Notes under the pieces: generated by a model | What the model saw: only the letters and a program-made list of their open reading frames with translations | Told to the model about the DNA's origin: nothing | The model's database searches: none | Position numbers and translations under genes: made by a program | Part shown: positions 56,100 to 64,000 of the stretch, one piece after another | How positions within the stretch are numbered: position 1 is the stretch's first letter | Layout: each line of letters opens with the position of its first letter | IMG/VR virus record: IMGVR_UViG_3300031952_000005 | Location: 1-64,000 of that record | Strand: one strand, 5' to 3' | Length of the DNA stretch: 64,000 bases | From: a virus

Positions 56100-58745
56100 T
56101 TATTTTTTCTTTTTTTGATCATCATAATATGCTTTTAAAAAACCCAAGTAATTATTGTAATCTGTTTTAATGTTTTTATCAAGTGCTAAAATACTATCAA
56201 TATCATCAGGTCCTGTCATTGGTAAAAACTCAACATTTGAACTAACCCACTTGTCTGTTTGAGGATCCTGAAATTTTGTACTATATGAAACAGAGTAGTT
56301 ACCATATTTGTCATAATTACCAGTAGCAGTAAAATCAAATCCTGCATCTTTGTATACCTTTTTAGCATTAATAGTAGTAGTTGGATTTTGAAACAAAGAA
56401 TTAAAATCTCCAATAGAAGTATTATTCATTGTAGATTCACTTACATTTTTCTTAAGTCTTGACAATGCTGGATTTGTGTTTATAGTATTGTAAGGTAATG
56501 TAATTACTAATGGTACTGTTGCAGTTTTAGGATTATCATTTTTATTTCTAACAGTAATTGTAACAACCTTTGCAGCAGGATTACTACTAATTTCATATTC
56601 ATTTCCTAATGCGTCTGCTTTTGCTGTGTTATTCATAGAAGCAAACTTGGTAAATACTTCAGGATTATTTGAATTTTTTGCAGCAACTGAACCAAATATG
56701 TTACCCCATTCATCTGGAGTTACACCAGTATTCATTCTTGTAAAAGTAGTACCTGCTGTTCTACCTTTAAACTCTGGTGTTATTATGCGATCTAATCCTG
56801 CTCTTTGTTGTACTGATAATCTAGATAAATCAAATATTGGATAATTTTTACTTGTTTTTCCCATTACTTTTACTTTACCTTCATACATCTCTTTTACAGT
56901 TCCATCAGGATTCATTATTGCTTTTGCAATATTTTCATAATTCTTTTCTAACTGTGCTTTCTGAGAAATTGTTTGATCAAATTTACCTAACATATTACTA
57001 AGCGTATATATCTGGTCTTTATAATTCTGAGCACTTCCTTGTTTTGAAAGTGTTGGAAGTAATTTTCTTGCTTTGTTATGTATACCAAGAGCAACAGCAT
57101 CAATCATTGTTTGTGCAACTTGTGCTGTTTTAGGATCAACTACTTGTACACCAGCGTGTCCACCAAGAATACCAAATAATTTTTTATCAGGTTCAGTAAG
57201 TTTTTCTTGACTGCCATTAGCAATTCTTTTTACTTTATCCATTACTGAATAAAACTTACCAGAATTTGCAGCACCTACAACAATGTTTAATACACCTTCT
57301 TTAGGATCAAATGCATCAGAAAATATTTCATTACGATTTTTGTTTAATGAATCTAATACAATATCTACACCAGGAACAGCATCTGCTTGTGGAGTACTAG
57401 GATCAAAATCTGCTTGACTAGTACCTATAATACTACTACTAGGTAATTCACCTTTTGCAACTGCTTGTTTAATTTTTAATTGCATATCATCTACATGAAA
57501 TCTTTCATCTTGTGCCATTTTTTTTGCAGCAAGATCTGCTTCTTGATTCATTTTTGCATATGCAAGACTCTGATCCATTTTGATTTTGTACAAACTCATC
57601 TGAACATCATCTTGGTCAATCTCAACTTTTGCAGTTACATTTGCATAATTCTTACCCCAGTCTAATGCAGTTTTTATCATTGCATTATTCTTATAAAGAT
57701 TGTGTAAATTATTAGCAATATATTCATAACCACCATTAGTTACATCAGCAACATCTTTATCAGCATTTGCACTAATCTTTTCAAGTTCTTCTTTTTGTTT
57801 CATCAAATCATCATAGTACACTTTTTTTATTGCAGGAACTCCATCAGGATATTCTCTGTCAAATACTTCAAGTTTTTCTTTAACGTCTGACAATCCTAAG
57901 TTTGTTTGTGTTTGCACTTTTGTTGCTTCTGCAACAGTAGGTTGTTCAATTTTTTTTGCAAGATTCTGTAACGCTTGGTCTCTAGAAACTTTAGTAGTTT
58001 CCATTTCCTGTTGTATATCATTTTCAGCATTCATAAAACCCATTACCTGCATTTGGTCATTAAATCTGCCATCATTTTTTATTTCTGACATTGCCCATTG
58101 TGCAAATGATGGAGCAACATCTGCTCCATTAGTTTTTTTAATTTTGTAAAAACCATGTAGTTCATCTCTAACAATTATAGCATCTATCTTTTTTGCACGT
58201 TCATCAAGAAAACCCATCACATCTTCAAATGGTACAAAGTTTCTTGGTTGTGCTTTTAGTATACTACCATCACCACGTTTTGAATTCTTTAGTTCATTAA
58301 TACCATAGTTCATGTACGCCATACTATAATCATTTGCAAGTGCTCTCTGTTTAGGATCATCACTTGCTTTTAAATTATTATACTTGCCTATTTCAGTACC
58401 ATAGTATTTTGTAAGTGCAATATCGCGACCAAACTCTTTATCTTGTGTAATAGGATCTACAATAGAATTTGCAGTACTAATGTTTGCAGGATTTGATAAA
58501 TCTAGATTTGAAATGTCTTTTAATGAACCTTGTATTTTTTTAAATACTTGTTTACGATATTCTTCATTAGAAGTAGAAGTCAATGGGTCATTTAATGCAG
58601 AGTTAACTATGTTTTTTACATAACTAAATCCACGATCATATTCACCTTGTTTGGTTCCTAGTACTTGTGTAAGAAAACCATAATCTGGTTTGAACATATT
58701 TCCCTGTGGAAACTCATCAGTAACTCCCTTTATAAATGTTGCCAT
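56100..58745 (-). CDS. Virion cargo/structural protein
   Basis: 881 aa; helical N-terminus (PDY..L...Q.EYD.G, DLSNPAN). Confidence 0.6.
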   Translation of the reverse strand: MATFIKGVTDEFPQGNMFKPDYGFLTQVLGTKQGEYDRGFSYVKNIVNSALNDPLTSTSNEEYRKQVFKKIQGSLKDISNLDLSNPANISTANSIVDPITQDKEFGRDIALTKYYGTEIGKYNNLKASDDPKQRALANDYSMAYMNYGINELKNSKRGDGSILKAQPRNFVPFEDVMGFLDERAKKIDAIIVRDELHGFYKIKKTNGADVAPSFAQWAMSEIKNDGRFNDQMQVMGFMNAENDIQQEMETTKVSRDQALQNLAKKIEQPTVAEATKVQTQTNLGLSDVKEKLEVFDREYPDGVPAIKKVYYDDLMKQKEELEKISANADKDVADVTNGGYEYIANNLHNLYKNNAMIKTALDWGKNYANVTAKVEIDQDDVQMSLYKIKMDQSLAYAKMNQEADLAAKKMAQDERFHVDDMQLKIKQAVAKGELPSSSIIGTSQADFDPSTPQADAVPGVDIVLDSLNKNRNEIFSDAFDPKEGVLNIVVGAANSGKFYSVMDKVKRIANGSQEKLTEPDKKLFGILGGHAGVQVVDPKTAQVAQTMIDAVALGIHNKARKLLPTLSKQGSAQNYKDQIYTLSNMLGKFDQTISQKAQLEKNYENIAKAIMNPDGTVKEMYEGKVKVMGKTSKNYPIFDLSRLSVQQRAGLDRIITPEFKGRTAGTTFTRMNTGVTPDEWGNIFGSVAAKNSNNPEVFTKFASMNNTAKADALGNEYEISSNPAAKVVTITVRNKNDNPKTATVPLVITLPYNTINTNPALSRLKKNVSESTMNNTSIGDFNSLFQNPTTTINAKKVYKDAGFDFTATGNYDKYGNYSVSYSTKFQDPQTDKWVSSNVEFLPMTGPDDIDSILALDKNIKTDYNNYLGFLKAYYDDQKKKK

Positions 58746-58766
58746 GTTTATCTATTATATAAAATA

Positions 58767-61700
58767 TTAATCTTCAAAAAAGTACAATGGTAATGCACCA
58801 AAATCAACTACTGTTCCACCATATTTTTTTATGTATCCACCGTATTTTCCTACTCTTTGTGGTATTGCTTGTCCTGCTGCAACTATATCACGCATATTAT
58901 TTCTTTGTGATGAACCTGTTCCAGAACCTGATTTACCAAGTTGACGTAACACTGCTTCGTGCGCTTGGTCAGAAGTCATTCCATTATTCATGTAGTCTTT
59001 TTTCATTGCTGCAAATTGAGGACCTGTAACATAACCATTACCAGATGCTACATCATTTGGATATGCAGCATTTTGATATGGATCATATAAAAGATTACCA
59101 TTCTCATCGTATGCCTCTCTACCTTGAGTAAAGTTAACATTACCATTTATACGATTAAATGCATACTGAGGAAACATACTTTCTAATTGATTAGTACGTT
59201 GCATATTAGTTGTACCATTATTAAACGCATCTATTACACCCCATTTTAAATCTCTACGTGCATTGTCGTATTGTTGATTTGCTGTTGCAGATTCTGCAAG
59301 ATATTTTTGTTGAGCATTTGCATTCAAAAGTCTTTCTTGATTTACAATTTGCGCATTTCTTGGAAGTGCTTGATTAACAGTATTAACATTTCTATTTTCT
59401 ACAGTACCAATAGTATTTGCAATTTGTCCAAGTCTTTGATTGGATTGTCCTACCATAGATGCACCTGCAACATTACCAGCAGTTGAGTTATAAGCACCTT
59501 CTCTTGTAGCTGCTGCATCTTCTTGTAGTGCTGCAATTTGTCTAGCAGGATCTTCTAATACGTAAGGAGAAGTTTCAAGATTTACTTTTGCTAATCCTGG
59601 ACCATACTTGCGCGCATCATCAGTCATTTTACCAGCAAAATAAACCTGGTCTTGTAACCACCATGGTTTTCTTTCTTGTGGTCCCATCTGATTTTCCATA
59701 ACAGGAATATCAAACTCTTGTTCTGCAGCAGGAGTGGTTTTTACAACTGGTGCAGGTTTTTTACTGATACCTGGTAAGTTATAATTTTCAACACCTGGTA
59801 CTAACGCACCTTCAATACCCATGTCAATGTACGGTTTGTTTCCAGAAACTGTTCCGATAGCAGCATTTTCATATTCTAACAAATGTGTCATTGCTGGATT
59901 TGCTTTACCTTTTCCTGCAATCTGATCTTGTCTCCATTTAGCAGCACCACCTGGATATGCATTAATTGCATCTGCGTGAATCTTCATGTATTCATCTAGT
60001 CCTCTTGTACCAGGTTTTATATCTTTATATAAAAATCCTGATTCTGGATCTATTTTATAACCTGTCTGAGAAGTTTGTGGTCCAACTGTTTTTTCTTTGT
60101 ATCTAAGATCTTCTGGTAGATAACCAAAGTTATAACCTTTGTCTTGAACAGTTTTTGTCAGGTCAGCATCTTCAACATCATATAAAATTACTTGTCCTTT
60201 TGTACCATCACTATACACAGGTCTTTTGTTACCTGTCTTATTAGAGTACTCATATCCTACAACTGTTTTACCAGAACCTTGTACAGTACTTGGTACACCA
60301 GGTTGTGTTCCTTGATGTTTAGGTAAATACAATCCACCATCTGCAAACTCTTCATCTGTATAAATAATATTATTATTAGGATTTGATGATTGCGCAGCTG
60401 CTTTTACTGGTACTTTAGATGCAACAGGTTTAACAGCATTGGTTACAACAGGTGCAGAAGCAACTACTACTTGTGGTTGTTTTACAGTGGGAGCATTTTC
60501 TTTTACAACAGTTCTGACATTTCTTTCTTGTGCTGTACGAGTTGTATCAATTGGTGTTGGAGCATAAACACTTTTAACTTTTGGTTGTGGTGTTACTTCA
60601 ACATTTGTATTTTCATTTTCATCAACTGCATGTAGTCCTGCTTGACCAATTCTACTTGCAATTGAATACCCTTTTGATAAAAGTTGTTCAAATGGTATTT
60701 TACCAATATATTGTGCTAGAAATTTACCAGCTTGTTTTCCATATTTTGCAGTTAATTCAGCAGCTTGTGCAACGTATGGGGCTGCTACTTGTACTGCTTT
60801 ACCAGTAAGTTTTACTGCACCTTTTCCTAATGCTACAGGTATTTCTGGATATATCATTGGATCTGTTGCAACATCTCCCCAGAAATGTTGAGTATCAGAT
60901 ACTGGTGAGTATCTTGATTTAGTATCCATGGGAGACTCATAGTAACCAGTTAACAACGAGTTAATACCTTTTTGAGGAAGAGTAAACATGTTAGCAGCAT
61001 AATCAAGTACACCACTAGAACCATTAAAAGGAATAAGTTCTTTTAATGCTTGTTTCATTCTTGGATCATCATCAGGATTATTAAGACTCTTTTTGAAATC
61101 AACACTACTCCAGTTTTCTCCAACTCTATCCCAATATCCTGTTGATGTATCTGGACCAACTTTATATGTATTTGTTGGTATGTATGGTTTTTCTTTTGCT
61201 ACTTTTTTCTTACCAGGTAATTTTTTAGTTTGTGGTTGTTTGGTTGTACCAGCTCTCTGATAGTATGCACTACCACCATAACGCATCTGACCTTCTTCTG
61301 CAGCTTCTTGTCCTTCCATCATTTCTTCTGGAGCACCTTGTTCTTGACCAGGTGCTTGTTGTCCTTGTAATCCTGCCATAACAGATTCTGCAATTGCAGG
61401 TATACCATCAGGAAATCCTTTCATAGATTCTTGTACCAATGCAAGCATACCAAGTTTCTCTAAATTGTTTTCTAACATTTTAGATGCAGTACGTTTACTT
61501 ATTTGATCATAATTATTATCCTTTAGAATATTCATATAGTTATTCATAGGATACTTATTTGCAATTTTTGCAGGAGTTACACCACCTTTGTCAAAACTAG
61601 TAATACCAAATATAGAAAGTACTTCTGGATCTTTAATTTTTAACTTCTTTGTATCAGAGAATATAAAAGAACCTGGTGCAACATTAAGAGGTACTCCACC

Positions 61701-61949
61701 TCCAGTATGTCTTTTACCAACAATTTTATTATGTTCTAAAAAACCATCATTGTTTATATCACCAATTACAGTTTCACCACCTTCAGCTTCTATATTTGCT
61801 TCTTCACGTGGTACTGCACTGATAGTGTTTTTGACATTACTATCTTGGTTAATTGGATTTACTTTAATGTATAAATCATTTCTATCAACTAAACTATAGT
61901 TACGTTGATCACCATTTTTTGGTAGTTGTTTTATTCTAATGTTGTACAT
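58767..61949 (-). CDS. Virion protein with EAEGGE/GKRH..GG domain and repeated xxxGG motifs
   Basis: ANIEAEGGET, GKRHTGGGVP, FIFSD; low-complexity linkers. Confidence 0.65.
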   Translation of the reverse strand: MYNIRIKQLPKNGDQRNYSLVDRNDLYIKVNPINQDSNVKNTISAVPREEANIEAEGGETVIGDINNDGFLEHNKIVGKRHTGGGVPLNVAPGSFIFSDTKKLKIKDPEVLSIFGITSFDKGGVTPAKIANKYPMNNYMNILKDNNYDQISKRTASKMLENNLEKLGMLALVQESMKGFPDGIPAIAESVMAGLQGQQAPGQEQGAPEEMMEGQEAAEEGQMRYGGSAYYQRAGTTKQPQTKKLPGKKKVAKEKPYIPTNTYKVGPDTSTGYWDRVGENWSSVDFKKSLNNPDDDPRMKQALKELIPFNGSSGVLDYAANMFTLPQKGINSLLTGYYESPMDTKSRYSPVSDTQHFWGDVATDPMIYPEIPVALGKGAVKLTGKAVQVAAPYVAQAAELTAKYGKQAGKFLAQYIGKIPFEQLLSKGYSIASRIGQAGLHAVDENENTNVEVTPQPKVKSVYAPTPIDTTRTAQERNVRTVVKENAPTVKQPQVVVASAPVVTNAVKPVASKVPVKAAAQSSNPNNNIIYTDEEFADGGLYLPKHQGTQPGVPSTVQGSGKTVVGYEYSNKTGNKRPVYSDGTKGQVILYDVEDADLTKTVQDKGYNFGYLPEDLRYKEKTVGPQTSQTGYKIDPESGFLYKDIKPGTRGLDEYMKIHADAINAYPGGAAKWRQDQIAGKGKANPAMTHLLEYENAAIGTVSGNKPYIDMGIEGALVPGVENYNLPGISKKPAPVVKTTPAAEQEFDIPVMENQMGPQERKPWWLQDQVYFAGKMTDDARKYGPGLAKVNLETSPYVLEDPARQIAALQEDAAATREGAYNSTAGNVAGASMVGQSNQRLGQIANTIGTVENRNVNTVNQALPRNAQIVNQERLLNANAQQKYLAESATANQQYDNARRDLKWGVIDAFNNGTTNMQRTNQLESMFPQYAFNRINGNVNFTQGREAYDENGNLLYDPYQNAAYPNDVASGNGYVTGPQFAAMKKDYMNNGMTSDQAHEAVLRQLGKSGSGTGSSQRNNMRDIVAAGQAIPQRVGKYGGYIKKYGGTVVDFGALPLYFFED

Positions 61950-62045
61950 AAACTTTTGAAGTTTAAAGTTAAAAATGATAAATCTCTTACATTTAGAATT
62001 TACAAATATAATTTGTTTTTTCCTATTTTGTTACAGAGTTTGTTA

Positions 62046-63659
62046 TTAATTGATGAATTCAATTTCTGCACCATCTTGCATAAGTTGCAATAGTTCATCT
62101 TCTGATACTTGATATTCACCACCTTGTGCAAATGACTTTTTCATAAAACCACCATATCTGGCACTTTGAATAGGTGTTGTCATACCTGGTTGGAAATTTT
62201 GAGATGGTCCAACATTAAGTGTGTAATCACCAAATGGATTTGGACTATTATACGCCATACCAAAATCAGTATTTCCAGTACGTCTTAACATGTCTTCATA
62301 TTCTCTTTGTTGTTTTTCCGCTTCTCTTGAACGAATAGTATTGGCAAATGCACCTAACCCTGCTAGTGATTTTTGTGCATACTCCATTCCATTAAAAGAG
62401 TTGTTATTTATGTTATTATTTCTTCTTGCATCACGAATATATTTTTTCTCTAAAGGATTTGTCTCATAAAGATCATTAGGTTCTTCTGTAATTAATTGCT
62501 GTTCATCTAACATGTATTGGTCAGGTACATTATTATTTCCTTGCATTGGCGCAAATTGTGATTCATCAATAGTAGAATCTTCATTAGCAGGAATTGCAGG
62601 TTTTGGAAATTGTATTTTATTGTTATTAAAAGCATTCAATTGATTGCTGGTCATGTTATCTGTATTGAACGGTTGTCCAAAAGAACGTATAGCATTATTA
62701 TATTGATTATATGCATCAGCACCTTGCGCTCTTGCAGAAGCATCTACTGTTGTATTTTGTGGATATTCATTTGGATCAGGTGTGTTATTTTGTTGTGCGT
62801 ATGGTGGTCCTTGAGGATTACTAAATCCAAACTGTGCTTGTGGTAAAACACCACCATAAGCAGCAACCATAGAATCATACTCACCATTGTACTGTGGTTG
62901 TTTTGTAAAATCAGTATTTCTAATTTTGTTATAGTTTATTGAAGGAGCAGGTGTAAGGTTTGGAGCAGGAATATTATTCATATTATTAATATTTCTATTT
63001 CTGTTATAACCTAAGTCAGTACTAAAGTCCACAACATTTCCTAAACTGTTATTTGTATTTTGTAAAATATTACTACCAGGTTTTATTTTGTTACCAATCC
63101 ATTGTGCAGCTTTACCATATCCTAAAGCAGCACCTGCTGTAGCACCTACAAGTCCTAGTACACCAGAAGCGTCATTTAACAGTTTTCCAAATGGTCCTTT
63201 TCTTTCTGAAGTAAGCGCGTTGATTGTAGGATTAATATATGGAATACCTTGTCCAAATCCAACTGCACCACGTGCACCATAAGCACCACCACCTTGATAA
63301 GACTCCATCTCTTGAGACTCATCATTATCTGCATATGACATTGGAGCTTCTTGTTGCTGAGGTTCTTGCATTTGTTGTTGTTGCATTTGTCCAGCACCTT
63401 GTTGCACTTCAGCAACCATAGTCTGAATTGCTTGTTGCTGACCATTCTCATCAAGTTCCTGTAATTTTTGTACAATCATTTTGGGATCAACACCATGTAT
63501 CTTTGCATACATAGTAATTAACTGCATGATCTGTTCTTGCTCTCCTCCTTGTTGTGCTTTATGTAAACCACCATGTTCTAAAACAGTTAATGGATTAGTA
63601 AAGTATTCGTATGGTAATACAAATTTATTTTTTTCGCATTCTGTACACTTCTTATTCAT
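62046..63659 (-). CDS. Low-complexity Q/N/P-rich virion protein with repeated xxxGG motifs
   Basis: AQQGG, AAYGG, ARYGG, FAQGG; N-terminal CxxC; C-terminal GAEIEFI. Confidence 0.65.
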   Translation of the reverse strand: MNKKCTECEKNKFVLPYEYFTNPLTVLEHGGLHKAQQGGEQEQIMQLITMYAKIHGVDPKMIVQKLQELDENGQQQAIQTMVAEVQQGAGQMQQQQMQEPQQQEAPMSYADNDESQEMESYQGGGAYGARGAVGFGQGIPYINPTINALTSERKGPFGKLLNDASGVLGLVGATAGAALGYGKAAQWIGNKIKPGSNILQNTNNSLGNVVDFSTDLGYNRNRNINNMNNIPAPNLTPAPSINYNKIRNTDFTKQPQYNGEYDSMVAAYGGVLPQAQFGFSNPQGPPYAQQNNTPDPNEYPQNTTVDASARAQGADAYNQYNNAIRSFGQPFNTDNMTSNQLNAFNNNKIQFPKPAIPANEDSTIDESQFAPMQGNNNVPDQYMLDEQQLITEEPNDLYETNPLEKKYIRDARRNNNINNNSFNGMEYAQKSLAGLGAFANTIRSREAEKQQREYEDMLRRTGNTDFGMAYNSPNPFGDYTLNVGPSQNFQPGMTTPIQSARYGGFMKKSFAQGGEYQVSEDELLQLMQDGAEIEFIN

Positions 63660-63709
63660 AACACAAATTTTTAGTTACATGTTTATTATCACATGATTAC
63701 ATTACTAAT

Positions 63710-64000
63710 TTACAATTTATTTCTTGGATTTATTATGTTTTCTCTATAATATTCATCAAAGGGTACAGGACCTCCTACCACTTTTCTTTTCATAAAATCT
63801 ATAACAGTTTTACCAGGTGCAAGATATTTTGCCATTGATTGTTCATGTGGTAACTTGTTATTGACATTTGCATATAACATTCCTCCTAGTTCTTGTATTG
63901 CCATTCTATCAAATCCTGTCATATCACTGTAAGGACTTGACAAGTCACCACCATTTTTTTGTTGTTGTAATGTTGCTGCTCCTACTGCTGCAGGAACCAT
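63710..64000 (-). CDS. C-terminal part of a virion protein, probably truncated by the window edge
   Basis: Frame is open to the edge; QKNGG, QELGG and KVVGG motifs. Confidence 0.6.
   Translation of the reverse strand: MVPAAVGAATLQQQKNGGDLSSPYSDMTGFDRMAIQELGGMLYANVNNKLPHEQSMAKYLAPGKTVIDFMKRKVVGGPVPFDEYYRENIINPRNKL

Noticed and set aside
1-64000. Stop-codon reassignment as seen in some gut crAss-like phages
   Set aside because: The standard code gives dense, uninterrupted ORFs including a 12-kb gene, and TAG and TGA both act as normal stops at gene junctions.
1-64000. tRNAs, CRISPR arrays, DGR reverse transcriptase, integrase, invertible repeats
   Set aside because: None recognised; intergenic gaps are short (under about 160 nt) and no RT or recombinase motifs are seen.

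Overview
This AT-rich window is a large fragment of a lytic crAss-like (Crassvirales-type) phage genome that uses the standard genetic code. The host is probably a Bacteroidota/Flavobacteriia species, judged from TTTG-N19-20-TAnnTTTG promoters, A-rich starts without Shine-Dalgarno sites and a T9SS-type cargo gene. The + strand from 1 to about 23.6 kb holds small early genes and then the replication/recombination block: dUTPase, SF2 helicase, UDG, DnaB, Sak4-like AAA, SSB-like protein, primase, PD-(D/E)XK exonuclease, PolB, DUF932, dNMP kinase, a PPP phosphatase and two free-standing homing endonucleases. The - strand from about 23.6 to 64 kb holds the lysis cassette (with an embedded glycosyltransferase), fibre genes and the giant virion cargo genes, including a 4014-aa virion RNA polymerase (DFDVD motif plus a zincin HExxH). 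Best leads: (1) three nearly Cys-free giant cargo proteins carry Cys at exactly the termini that adjoin in gene order, suggesting a head-to-tail linked ejection chain; (2) a phage-encoded secreted glycoside-hydrolase-like protein has a signal peptide and a T9SS-like C-terminal domain; (3) an HNH endonuclease split the dNMP kinase P-loop and is followed by a recoded replacement N-terminus; (4) a tightly coupled, terminator-bounded four-gene His-rich DUF module of unknown function. All family names come from motif recognition by eye, not from database searches.
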